From: Epiperipatus broadwayi
Lineage: Eukaryota; Animalia; Onychophora
Direction: 5' to 3'
Assembly (NCBI GenBank): GCA_028023455.1
Contig: JAQFVV010000008.1
Coordinates: 10,788,001 to 10,852,000 of the forward strand
DNA length: 64,000 bases
Shown piece by piece: positions 28,166 to 41,830 of this stretch. The notes beneath the pieces were generated by a model. That model searched no databases. It was not told the origin of the DNA and saw nothing but the letters and a program-made list of their open reading frames with translations. Position numbers and translations under genes: made by a program. How positions within the stretch are numbered: the first letter of the stretch is position 1; every line of letters begins with the position of its first letter.

Positions 28166-31100
28166 ATGAGTAGGCATTAGATAGGGATTTTATGCACAAG
28201 CCTTCTGGCATCCATTGATTACTCTGTTTAGCACAGGTGGCAATACTGTATGGAGAGTTTTGCTCTGTTTATATAAAGATATCTTTAATGTAGGTATATG
28301 GACACAGATTTAAGGTATATAGACACATGTAGATGCATATTTAAGATATCCATTATATAAGCACATCTTTAACTTTGGTATATGGACGCAGATTTAAGGT
28401 ATATAGAATCATATAGACGCAGATTTAATGTATATAGAAACATAAAGACGCAGATTTAAGGTATATAGACGCAGATTTAACGTATATAGAAACAAAGACG
28501 CAGATTTAAGGTCTATAGAAACATATAGACGCAGATTTAAGGTATATAGAAACACATAGACGCAGATTTAATAAAAATAATTAGTTAACAATATTTTATC
28601 ATTTTGTAAATTAATTAGTTTAAATAACTATGTTTTTCATTTTACTATATTATAAGAAATTATTTCAGTACATAATATTTTATCGTTTTCTAAATTAATC
28701 ATTTTAAATAACTACGTTTTCATTTTTATCTTTTCAATGACAATAATGGCAATTATATTATACTATAAAGGTTTCAGATGTTATCTATAATTCTCTTACC
28801 TTTAAATTTATCTGCTAGCACTTCATTTCCAGTAAATCTTCACATAAAAAGGGAATTGATCTTAGAGCTGAATGGTATACATTTTCTGTTGATGGTTACC
28901 TAGGCATTACTTCTTAACTTCATGGCTTCTTCATGCTGTGGGGAGAGAGAGAAAGCTATTCTTGTTAGCAGAGTATTCTTGTGTTTTCCATATTTGTAAT
29001 CTGCCTCTTTATCTTGCAGTTTTTACAGTAACTATATGTTTCTTCTTAGATTGATGACCTCGGCAGCTCCAATTTTGGTCCAGTTTTTCTAAACTGGATT
29101 TAGCTATGTAGTAATGACAACAATTATCTCACTAGTAATTAATTTAACTCACTACTGAATAAGTGAATAATTAAACAATTGCCTGATTTCTTTATATTCT
29201 CTGGCTTCCAGCATTTTTTTTATATCAATCTCTTCTTATCAGCTTGTTGTTCGTAAACATGTTGTCTTCCACTGTCTAGGGAACAGAAGTGATGCTATCT
29301 TGTTTATATTGTAAGTTGTAAACATTCAGCTCAATTAAAAAAATATTACATTGGTAACATTTGAAACTGCTGAGTTTTAATAATAAAAAATTATTAATTA
29401 AATGTGTCATTTAATTTCCAATTTTAAATATTGATTTATAACTGTCAGCTTTTTAATCAATTATGTTAAAATAAGGGGGGGGGGTACTTTAGGATATATG
29501 AAACAACATATCTATTTCAATATGTTATAATGTATCCATAGGCTATCATCATAAGATTGGAGCTATTTATCATCAAATCAAATTATATTTAGAAAGGGGT
29601 GATCTGTTCCTGGTAATATGTATGTGAGCATATATAAAAGGTATGTGTATACTTAATATGGTATTGCCTATATGGTATTTTAGGGGATGAAACTTGATAA
29701 GTTGGGATTTGCCATGGTCTGAACACTTTTGCAATTTTAGATAAGGGATACAATCATCATTATGTTGTGTGCCACATGTGTGAACAGCTTTGGAATATGA
29801 ATGTAATTATCTCTCCTTGTCTTCAGGTATAGATTCATTAAAAATATATAACTATAATAATAATTATAAATATTACACTTTTCCCTTAACATTAGATCCT
29901 TCTATAGTTCTATCTCTGGAATGTTGTATTCCATTAATATTAGATCTGTGATGGACAAGAACTCTAATCAGCTTAATAACTATATGTAACATTATAGATT
30001 GGATTAAAACAATAATATATATTTTGAATTATTTGACACACCCACAAAAAAAATTTACAGTATTTAGAAACTTAATTGTCATCACCAAAGTTCTAACATA
30101 AATTCTAAAAAAATTGATTTAACTGCAGAAAATATAAAAAAATTATAAATGCAGAAAAATATGCATAAATAAATCACTTGAAATCCGATCATAAATAAAA
30201 GAAACTGAACTGAATGAATTTATAATAATTTCTTATAGTAAAACTAGATTTGAAAAACTGATTTATAGTAGATAGTCTTTTTCTTAATACATTGGTATAT
30301 TTTAAAATTGAGATATTGTGTTAAAGGAAATTTTGGATTATTTCCAAGATATCTGTATTTTTATGAATTATAATATATATTTTTACCTTATTAGATGTGT
30401 ATGAGAATATAGTTACATAGATATGCAAATTAGGCTGTATTAAACATATGATTTCAACAGGGATGCAACTCAAATGCATATTTCCTAATGAGTACATTAC
30501 AAAATTATGTACAAATATAGAAATGAAATAGGTAATACAATATCAAAAAGTGTTAACACTTCAAATGATTATAATTCTTTTAAAGTGCTATCCTTAGTTC
30601 TTCATACAATAATAAAAGTATTCTTGGATCAGAATTATGTCTTTTGTTAATGAGTAATAATATTTAATTTCACTTAGACATATATATATAAGATGATTAC
30701 TTTCTCAATGTAAGTGTAATTGCAATGTTCATCTTAAATTTTTCTGCATGCTTGGAAGAAATAACTTTAAACATTGTTTAACTTCTCAGTGTCATATTCA
30801 CGGATTATCATCCTGATCATGGTTATGTTAACTGTACTATAATTCAGGTGGCATATATTTACTTTTTAATTTTTAATATTCATATAAACTTCACTGAAAT
30901 CATCACTGCTTAATGGTCATGGCTACATTAATTGTACCATGATTTGATATGCTAGAATTTTTAGTTTAACTAGAATTTAACTTTACATAATTTCTTTGCT
31001 ATAGACATTCTATTATCTTTAACCAATGAAGTATTCACTGAGAAATATCAAGATTACAACCTCATCACGAATAAACTCATCCTATTACCAATAGCAAAAC

Positions 31101-33189
31101 CATATATATGTACAATCATTAGCTTTGAGAATATTTTAACATTAACTGCCAATAAATATTTTTGGACAGATAAATAAAAATGTTATGAGAACATCTGAAA
31201 TTATTAAGTTCATTTTGCTGCACAGACAAATCATTAAATAAGTTGCAAATAATCTATAATAATCCGTGCATTTGGATACCCAGTCAAAGCCATTCAATAT
31301 AAATAATTGAATTCTATGACTTTAAAATTCTAAATCACAATGATACAATTTTTAGTCCATGTTAAATATATCTACATCACTTGTGCATTCTTAAATACTT
31401 TATTTTGTTAAGAAATGTTTTGTACAATTTATAATTCATAATTTTGTTAATATTTGTTATTTAGAAAAATTAGATAAATTATCAAAGTTCTAAACAAAAT
31501 TTTAATTAGTTACTCTAAAATAAATATTAATAATTTTCTTTTATAATGCTGACAATTATTTGGAGAGTTTTCATTCCTCTACTCATGATCAGTTCTTAAG
31601 ACCTTGAATAAGTAAATGTTAATTCTCTTGAGATCATAATAAATTGTCCTCTAAATTAAATCTCTGCATTAATTTTATATACTTTATTAAAATTAATCTG
31701 ACAGACTGCAAAACTCCCAAGCGCTTATGACTATCAACAGCCCAATCAGGGTAAAGTTCCTTTGTTTCATGAATTTATTGAAAAAATTATCTTTATTTCC
31801 TTTTCTTTGAACAAATGATTTCTTTTCAATGAATTAATAAGTTTGTTAGTTCTAAATTTGACATTACTAAAAAGATTTATATTCGAATAAGTTTGAAATT
31901 TGATCTTATTAAAAAAATTTTAAATTGGTTTCTTTAAATCAAACGTATTTTAAACATATAATTAAAATTATTCAGACATGGATATTTCTTAATAAGTATT
32001 AATTAGTACTGTTATTAGATTTCAAATACAGTATTTCCTCTCACATTGTAAAAAGTTTGTTTTGTTTCAACTACAAGTTTCTTTTGCTCAATATAATAAA
32101 AAGTTAGTGGAAATCGTTCGTGCATATATTTATGTAGTTATAGAACAAAAATGTAATTATATCAGAATATAACTGCCTAAATGGTTGTTTTAATTGGCTC
32201 CAGTGAAAAATGTTCCTTCATTATAAAAAGTATTTGAAAAATCATTTTCTTTTCTTTGAAAGAGTAGTTTCTTTTCAAAGAATTAACTAATTTAGTTGGA
32301 AATTTGATAATTACATTTTGAATTACAAGTATCAAATTAACTCTATTCACATCTTTGACATCATCCACTTTAGGTAAATGTAGTAATGGCTATAATTAAT
32401 CATTTACTAAACTAGAGTGTATCTCTAGCACAGATATAAACTTCAAAACTCGATTAAAAATTAACATATCTGATTCTTAAAGATTTATTTTCAAATAAAA
32501 TGGAAATTTGATCTTATTAAAGTGATTTGAAGTTGAAGGTTTCTAATTAAATTAAACATATAGACAAGAGATTTGTCTTTTCAGTATAAGACTTTAGATT
32601 AGAAATTACCATAAGGACTGGAATAACTTATTTTTACCATTCTATAGGCATATGCACATCAGTGCATAGAATTGATATAAAAACAATTACTGACTAGAGA
32701 CAATTATTATGGCAATCAGATTTATTTTTGAATGACTTCCTGTTCACTTCTTAATATAACTGATCTACCACTTAACATAAAATTCAAATTAGCACTTAGT
32801 AAAACTCCAAAGACTCTGCTATCTTCAAGATCAATTATTTTTAAACATCTTTTTGAAGTTAATAATTTTTTGATTTTACATTTTTCTTTCTCTGGTTTGA
32901 TAAAGATTTAGCTAACAATAAATAATTTAATAGTTTTACATTAAATATTTTTATCTAAACCTTTAATCTTAATTAATTTTTTATATATCTTTATATTTAA
33001 TATTGATTATAATTTGTATAATTACATTAAATTTACTTATTTCAACTAACACATCTCATCATATGTAATAAATCTGTTATTTAATATGTTAATGACAATA
33101 ATTATTTTAAATTTGTTAACTTTGTTTAAATATTAATGAAATATAGACCCATTATATACCTGCATCAATATATGCAATATACAGTGTAT

Positions 33190-33392
33190 ATGAGCACAGA
33201 CCCTCACACGACCCACCACCCTCCACTCCATCTCACAACACTGATACATCTGAACACATATATGTTGAAAAGACAAATAATCACCAATATACATATTTCA
33301 TGCTAAACCAGAAATCATCAGTTGATCCAGATTATCATCTCTACACATATATGCAATAAGTGCTCAGATATATATTAAGATAGCCAATCTTC
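33190..33392 (+). repeat. Dispersed ~200-bp repeat (unclassified), copy 1
   Basis: Aligns co-linearly with 54658-54860 (ATGAGCACAGAC...GTGCTCAGATATATATTAAGATAG). Confidence 0.8.
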
Positions 33393-36300
33393 ATATTTTA
33401 AAAGACAGTCTTTAATCCACTCTAACTCTTCAACTGTCCATCCAAATAAAAATCTGATGATGGAAGGCTCAAAGGCCACCCTGAGGCTGAGATTCTTGTC
33501 ATACCCATGTTGATCTAAAGTCAATCTGATCCCTCATGTACAGGACATAATTAATTGATTCCATGTTCATAAACATCTTTTGCAACATCTCCGCTGATAT
33601 ACCATCTTCAATTCTAACAACTTTTGGACTACACACTCTTAAATTGCATCTTCACTGGTTGAATCATTACCCAAATAAGGAGCCTGGTTATCTGGTGATG
33701 AAAAATCTTGGGACCAGCCCAAACTATCAAGTATGATAATGGTTTCTATTTTACTATCCATGGCACTTTTTTTTTTTGTTTAAACTTTACTTATGTTAAT
33801 TAATAATACTAACAAGATACCCCACTTCTTGACATCTCCTTACAATTAAAGCAATCAAAATCAAAATATTAATGCCTAGAGATCTAACAGTTTATTATAA
33901 CAGTATCTAACTTATAAATATATATATATATATGAATCCTGGTTCACAAATATTTAATAAAATATAAAATAAATCATATTTTCTTTAAAGATCATCCATG
34001 GACTGCAACAGTCTACCATAACTATAATGATTTTCAAAGTAACTTCCTTATTTATTTTTTGTAACTGCTATTTGATATTCCATAGCTAAATTGCTATCTA
34101 CTAAATAGTTTGATAATATTAAAGCTAATTATTACAATAAACTACAGTGGTAAGTTATGCCATGGTTAGCAAACTTTGAAAATCCACATAAAATGCAAAT
34201 ACCAATGAAAATAACTCCAAACGAAGTCAATAACACCTAATAAAGATTTATTAGTATTTAACAAGGCCCTAAACACTATTAATTGAGACCTAAACATTGA
34301 GTTCCAATTGTAACCTGAATAAAAAGAGAGGGGGTGGCAAGAAAGAGAAATCAGAATGTGAGAGGAGAGGGAGAAGATAAGAGAATGAGATAGAGAAGTC
34401 AGAAGAAAGCAAAAAGATGAGAGAATGAGATAGTGAGAAAGCAAGAGAAAGGAGATGAGAAGAGAAAATAAATAAATCAAAATCAGAGATTCTTCAGCTA
34501 GACTCAGCAGGATTACAATAAAATTTACAAAGATGATGGTACACAGAGACCTATAACAAGATGGAGGAAAAATCATACAATACTGCCAAACAATCAGAAC
34601 ATAATAATAATAATAATGGGGCATAAATTATTGAGGAAAATTTCTAATTTTATCAAATATTTATAAGACTCGATCTTCCATCAAATCATATTCTCTAAGT
34701 ACAACAGGTTTGTGACAAAAAAAAATGTATCTCTAAAATTTCTTATCTCATATTTTGAAATAAACACAATCCTTGCTCTTTCTTCTGATAGCATAATTTG
34801 TAATAAATTAAATGAAATAAAATACCATAAAATGTGCTCTCCTTCTAGCCCAGGGAATAAATAAGAAATTCTTATTCTATACTAGTAATACTTAATATTG
34901 AGATATAGAAAATTAAGTGAATCAATGCAAAACAACAAAAGTAAATGATCTCAGGATTCCTACTGTACTCTTGTGAAAAACACTAATATGAAGTTGCCTT
35001 CTAAGTAAATGAATAGGCAAATGAATAGCTGAATGGTATCCTGGTTGACTATAGGAAGCAAACACTTACTTGAAGTGATCACATCTTACTCCAAGACAAC
35101 AATATTTATCAAAATTATAAAAAAAGTAATTACATAATTAAAATATTCAAAATTTAGATTAATTATAGCCTTTTACTCAGGACATCACTCAAGATGGAAG
35201 AAAGACAAGGGTGCCTTTTATGTCATTCCACCTTCCCACAGACAACTTTCATAAGCAACTAAATGTAAACTAGACCTTGATGTTACAATAATACAATAGT
35301 GTGCGGTCTAAATAGCATAGATAATTTTCTGAAATATCAAACCATTTTCACTTCATAAAAAACAATCTTCTAACTTAGAAGATAACATAGTTTTAAAATA
35401 TTTTTTAAATAAACTATTACTTTGGTATATAGAAATGTGAAATTATCTGTTACAGTGATTTCATCCAGATATCACAACTATATGCAAAACTTTATCTTAT
35501 TTCTATAGATATAAAAGTATTCTCTACGACATTAATTAAATGAAATAATTAACATTGTGAATTCAAGACAATAGCATATAAAAAAAATAAGCAGAACTAA
35601 ATTTACTTTAAATAAATACTTAATACATTTATTTACAATATAATACAATAAAACAAAATTTACACAAACTTGGAAACATTGCCAAGATATCGCTGTTAAC
35701 AAATATAGTCATTTGACTAATAGTATTTAAAATCTCTTTTGGGTTTTACAAATAATGCTAAATCTTCTTAAAAAATAAATAAATGATTTTACATAAATCA
35801 CCCTATATAACAGTTTAATTAGCTGGAGAGTTAACACTAGCTAATTCTTAAACATCTTCAACATAAGCAAATCCTTAAACAATCTTGGGCATTATAAATT
35901 ATATGTTTACATGGGATTAATCATTAGCTTATTAACATATCATTTCCCTTTATTTATTTACTCTAAATTAAAGCAGTATAAAAATTCATGACCAGGATTA
36001 ACTGACTGATTTGCCAATGCTTGATATTATTAGCTGACTACATGTAAGCAATAGCTGGCATATCTAAAATAACTCAAAATACAAATAAAGACTCTCCTAT
36101 TGTTGAGGATTTTGAACTAACAAATAACCAAATAAATGAATGAAATGTATGGGACATTCATCAGAAGTCATTTGCACACATAAAATTAAGAAATCACTGT
36201 CCACATAATATAAATTACACAAAATGTTAAAAATAAATGACTTACACATCCATTGGAGAAGTTCTGAATGATCACAGCATCTACATAGCATGTGTGGATT

Positions 36301-39300
36301 GCACTCACTGAACATATGCCTACAAGTTAAATATTTAAAATTACTAACTGTCGGCAGTTGGCTTGTGACTAATAACAGTATCGTAATAGCACAATACAGA
36401 CATTGTTACACCTATAAGCAGTAAAACAATTGAATGCAACCTGAAGCAACTAAATCCTTCAAACTAATCTTGCCATAACACACCCAAAACAGAATATGAC
36501 CTCACCTACTATGGTGGAAAACTACCTTTAAATACATCATGAGTGATAGGCCAAACCCAGGCTTTGCAGAGCAAACTAGCATAAATCAATAAATACATCA
36601 TGAGAATGGTGGCTTCCAAACACCTACTTCTGAGGCCAAAGGGATGCCTGGACTTTTGTCACAACACATCAGGCAAAACATGGAAAGACACACCAAGAGA
36701 TATATATGACTCTCTCCAGGGATCTAGGTACCTTATAAAGATGTGATAATAATCACTGGAAATAAGCACTATCACCTCATGGAACAGAATATAATAAAGA
36801 TGGTGAACTTATCCACTCCATCAAGCACAGTAATGAATATAAGCAATACTATAACTAACAATGACAAGATACAAACATCACTATAATTAACTAAAGTCAT
36901 ATTCAAAATTTTAATCCTATTAACAATAAGCAGTGTCTGAACCATCAAGTGGAATTTTTAAGTCAAAAGACTATAAAAAAAATATTAATAAAGAAAATTA
37001 ATACCATATGAAATGTTTTGGCACAAAAATTACAATACACACATATATGAAATATCAAATATCAAAATTATTATATCAAATGGACATGAATATGTGAGAA
37101 TAATCATTCTCAATGCATAAAAATATTAGCGGTTATAATTACCATTGCATTTATGCAAATTTACAAACAAAAAACTTCTGACAATTAATTACTTGGGCTG
37201 TTTACCATATAACCAAGTAAATTACCATACATTTAAAATAATTATAGTAAGAGATAAAATCTCAATGGACTCAAAAATAAATAACATAATTCAGCTTACC
37301 AAGACACACCCACTATATATTAAATATTACCTGTTAATGTGTACAGTATCTACATATTATAATAAACCCATTAAATTTAAAATTACATGAATTAAATATC
37401 TAGAAAACTTGTAATAATGAATAGTATTTTATTAAATATAACAAAATTTCAAAAAAAATATTGCATAAAATATTTTTTTTACCAATAAAAAATAAACTTT
37501 AGTTCAGGAGTGCTCTTTCTTCGCACTGAGCTGTCTGTTAAGCACATATAACATTAATTCTTACTGTGAAGCATTTAGTCAATACTATTATTTCATACAT
37601 GGCAAGAGAATTTCCAAACAAAACACATATAACAGTTATTATGTAATATAGCTCTAAGATATAAGCACATCTAAATATAAGCAACAAGATAAATGAATAT
37701 AAATAATGAGTTGCGTTGGGGAAATGACAATGTTGTAATATAATAAATCAGCTAATAGACAATTTCAGGATCCCTTGGTTTTACTTAAATAATTATATAG
37801 CTTCATTTAAACTATTTATTCCTTTCCTTAAACATATATTTTGGGCATTTTCAAATTTATTTTTATAAAATCATGGGACGTTTCCAGGTTATTCCTTAAT
37901 ATATATATATTTACAATAAAATTCAGAAAGCAATCTCCTTAGTAGAGAACAAATAATTTGGCATATCAAAATGTCTTTGGAATAATTTCTACTAACTTTA
38001 TAGCATAGATTTACAAATCAATATTTTATATTCCTTATAATAGCCAATTATTTTTCTTCAAAAGTTTAAATTGAAGAATTCCAGCATAGCAAAACATTTA
38101 AAATTACTTTAATTGCTCTAATATATGTTTCTTCATATATGAAGAACTACTTTAAAGCATGTTAGTTATTTAAATGTTTTTAAGTGTTATTCCTTAAACA
38201 GTTCCAAGATTTAATAACATTAAATTATTAAACTGGCGAGTTAATATACTAAAGAAAACTTCATAATATTAATTGATGAACAGATGAATTGATATAATGC
38301 ATTTTAAACTTTAAAATGTAGAGCTTCTAGTCGTAGGTATTTTTAATTTTCTTCTTTTAAAATTCGTCCTATTTACAAGATAGCTAAGCAAGGCAAGTAC
38401 TGGAAAACTCTTTTCTGCATAACTTTTGGTTATAAAAGTCATAAATAAATGTGACAATTGTTTAGTATTAAAACTTCTCCCATATTTAATCTTATTGAGA
38501 TAATTAGTAATAATAATAAAATTTCTTGGAGCATTTTTATAGTAATTTAAAAAGCTTAATTGTAATTCAGTTATCAAAAAATGGGTTACTTAAAGGGTTA
38601 GAAGAACTTCATTGTTGACTTGTTAATGTTTAAGTTTAAATTAAATACCTTTAGGAAAAATAATAAAATTATAAAAAAAATTACTACTTTGAAATTTTAT
38701 CTTGTGCAAAAGCTTCAACTTGACGAGAAGAGAAAAAAAGATATGTAAATCAATCCGTGACATCAGTTTAGTCTAGATATATTTCAAAAATGATTTGTGA
38801 CTGAATGAACTTAAATTGGAAAAAAATATATAACAAAGCTTTCTTATATATAAAAAAAGATTTTATAAAAAAAGAAAATCACATTATTCTTACATCGACT
38901 GATTGAACCATCTTAGGATATTTATTTAAATTAACACCTACTTTATTCATTAAACCATTTAACTAATATTATAATTATTTGTTCATACATTTTTTTAATG
39001 AGTTTAAATAACTCAAAATAAATTACTTTAGCAGTGATTAAACAATTTCCCAGCATTCACACCCACAGATTTAACATGACAAAAGTAATAGCATTCTAAT
39101 TAAGTTAATCTATTAACTACTTTTTAAAAAATTAATTGTAATTTATAATAATTGTCAAATAAAAATTAAAATTCCTTTAATAAACGCAAAGCTGACCCAT
39201 TACAAACCAATATTTTAACTTTTATACTGCTATTCTAAAAGTTTACAAAAACTCATTTTAAGTTAATTTTATATTCTCTACTCTCTTCTGTCTTATAATT

Positions 39301-39918
39301 AATTACTATACTATTAGAATACTATTTTCTGGCACACATTTTAATATAATACTTCTATTTTATTAATGAATGAAATTATTAAAAGCAATATAAGCTATTA
39401 TGTTTATGACAGTTATAAAAACATGACTATTTTTTTTAAAAAAATCAAGTAACTATGTAAAATGGTTAAGCTAAGATAAGCAATTGGAACAAGTGTAAAA
39501 TCACTTGGCTACAATATATATGTATATAGATACTTGGCCTTAGTTTCTCATAATTACTAATTAATATTTTTCTAACAATATAAATTTATGGACATCAACT
39601 TTTTCTGATTCCAAGCACCAACCCTATGCTTGCATAAGAATTATGCTGAAAGGGTGAAGGATAGCAATAATAAGTATTAACAGATGCCCAGCCACTAGCT
39701 AGCTCATTCAGGGTAGGTAGTACTTAGACTGATAGAGATCTGTTGATTTAATGTAGTTTGAATCAAATTATTTAATAACTAAAAGCATACATACATTTTT
39801 AAAATCAAATAAATAATTATGAAATAAAAAATATATATATAAATAATAGTGCTCAAATGTTTAATGAAAATAATAGCATATATATATATATATAATTTCT
39901 ACTGAGACTAGAGATTTT

Positions 39919-41738
39919 ATGAAGAAAGGATGGAATATGAAGATATACAAAAATGATGCATTAAAAAGAATTGAATGTCTCGAGTTTTGTAAAATGGTGT
40001 GGAAAAGAGTTGAAAATGATATAAGAAAGTATAACTGTGAACTAATAAGGAAAGCTGTAGAAGAAAATAAAGGTCTCAAGAATGTTAAACAACATTTTGG
40101 TATTGGTAGGAAATTTATATCTGCAATAAAAAAAAAAGATGGAATTATTACTAAAAAGAGAGATGTCATCATGAAATTGGTAGAATATTTTTATCAAGAA
40201 TTATATAGTAATAAAGAACAAGTACCTCCTATATCTATTACATCTTCAGAATTGCCCAGAATTTTAAATGAAGAAGTGAGATATACAATTAAATGTATGA
40301 AGAAAGGCTCCAGGTAATGATGGAATTATAATTGATATATTAAAAGAAACAGGTGAAGAAATAGAATTTTCTTTAGCAAAGTTATATACCAAATGTCTAA
40401 ATGATAAAGATGTACCGGATGATTGGAAGAATGCAGTAATAATATTAATATCTGATAAAGAAGATATTAGAAATTACAGACCTATCAGCCTTTTATCAGT
40501 TTTATATAAAAATTTTACCAAGATAATTACAACTCGTATACAGAAAACATTGGATTTCCAACAACCAAAAGAACAAGCTGGATTTAAAAGTGGTTTTAGT
40601 ACAGTAGATCATATCCAGGTATTGATAGAAGTTATAGAAAGGACAAATGAATATGAGTTGTCATTATGTTTTGGATTTGTAGATTATGAAAAGGCATTTG
40701 ATTCTATAAACATTTCTTCAGTGATTAAAGCATTGGATCATCAAGGTATAGATCCAGGATATTGTCATATTTTAAAGAATATTTATAAAAATGCAACAGC
40801 AACAATTAGATTATATAATGATACTGGGAAAGTCAACATTGAGAAAGGTGTAAGACAAGGTGAATCCATTTCTCCAAAACGTTTTACAGCAGTGCTGCAA
40901 GAAGTATTTTGTGGATTAAAATGGGAAACTAAAGGAGTAAAGTAAATGGAGATTATTTAAGTCATTTAGATTTCGCAGATGATGTAGTTGTTTTTGCAAA
41001 TAATGCTTCAGACCTGCAGGAAATGTTGCAGGAGTTATCAGATGAAAGAACAAAAGTAGGACTAAAGATAAATGTTAAAAAGACTAAAGTAATGTTTAAT
41101 CAATTTGCTCAAAATATGAAAATAAAGATTGATTATGATGAATTAGAAGAAGTTAACAGTTACAAATACTTTGGTCAGATTATTAATACAGATGAAAACA
41201 TAATGGATGAAATTAATCATAGAATTAAACTTGGTTGGAGTGCTTTTGGTAGAAATAACTTGATACTAAAAGGAAATATGCCTATGGGTTTGAAAAGAAA
41301 GGTTTTTAACAAATGTGTTTTACCAGTTCTTACTTATGGATCTGAGACTTGGACACTTAATAGAAGAGCAATACAGAGATTTCAGATCACTCAAAGAAGT
41401 ATGGAGAGATGTATGTTGGGAGTAACAAGAAGAGATTGAAAATGCAATGTATGGGTAAGAGAACAAACAGGTGTTACTGACCTCATTGAAAAAATTAAAA
41501 GATTGAAATGTAGTTGGGCTGGACATATTGCTAGAAGAGATGATAATAGATGGACAATTGAAATTTTAAACTGGATTCCAAGAGATTGTAAAATACCCAG
41601 AAAGAGACCACATGTGAGATGGATGGATGAAATAAGAAAGTGTGCAGGGGTGATGTGGAGAAGAGAAGCTAAAGATCAGAGAAGATGGATTAAGTTTGGA
41701 GAGACCTTCATCCTGCAGTGGATTGATAATGTTTGATG
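39919..41738 (+). mobile_element. 5'-truncated RTE-clade LINE (decayed RT)
   Basis: RT motifs EQAGFKSGFST.DHI, FVDYEKAFDS, KGVRQGES.SP, FADD, GLKINVKKTK, LPVLTYGSETW, WAGHIAR and RKRPHVRWMD. Frameshifts or stops near 40317, 40945 and 41439. A short GAT/TA tail follows. Confidence 0.92.
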
Positions 41739-41764
41739 ATATATATATATATATATATATATAT

Positions 41765-41801
<37 letters not shown>
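41739..41801. repeat. (TA)n microsatellite between the RTE and Penelope-like elements
   Basis: About 30 TA units with one interruption. Confidence 0.95.
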
Positions 41802-41803
<2 letters not shown>

Positions 41804-41830
41804 CAATGTCTGTATTCCAATTATAATAAA

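Larger units (their letters stand above)
27255..28272 (+). repeat. Tandem array of a 456-bp unit (about 2.2 copies), each full unit with a hammerhead motif (retrozyme-like)
   Basis: GAGTAGGCATTAGATAGGG recurs at 27256, 27712 and 28168, a period of exactly 456. Only about 4 substitutions were seen between units. Confidence 0.95.
22695..29519 (-). mobile_element. Decayed Ty3/Gypsy-like element, LTR family A (gag-protease remnant, pol deleted)
   Basis: LTR 22695-~25034 followed by a C-run (minus-strand PPT, 25038-25048). Minus-strand gag-like fragments include an H-x5-C knuckle remnant near 25660 and a protease-like VLKFEV...NTILTLELL (25107-25307). Partial second LTR at 28273-29519. ATAT at both ends (22691-22694 and 29520-29523). 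Confidence 0.65.

Noticed and set aside
30900-31770. Faint hAT-transposase-like fragments on the minus strand (CSKMNLII, AKKLCKVKF)
   Set aside because: Too degenerate, no TIRs or TSD seen; needs an HMM search.
34140-34620. Possible 3' end of an RTE-like LINE with a (TAA)n tail (similar hints at 36500-36900)
   Set aside because: Only weak motif resemblance; not confidently assignable.
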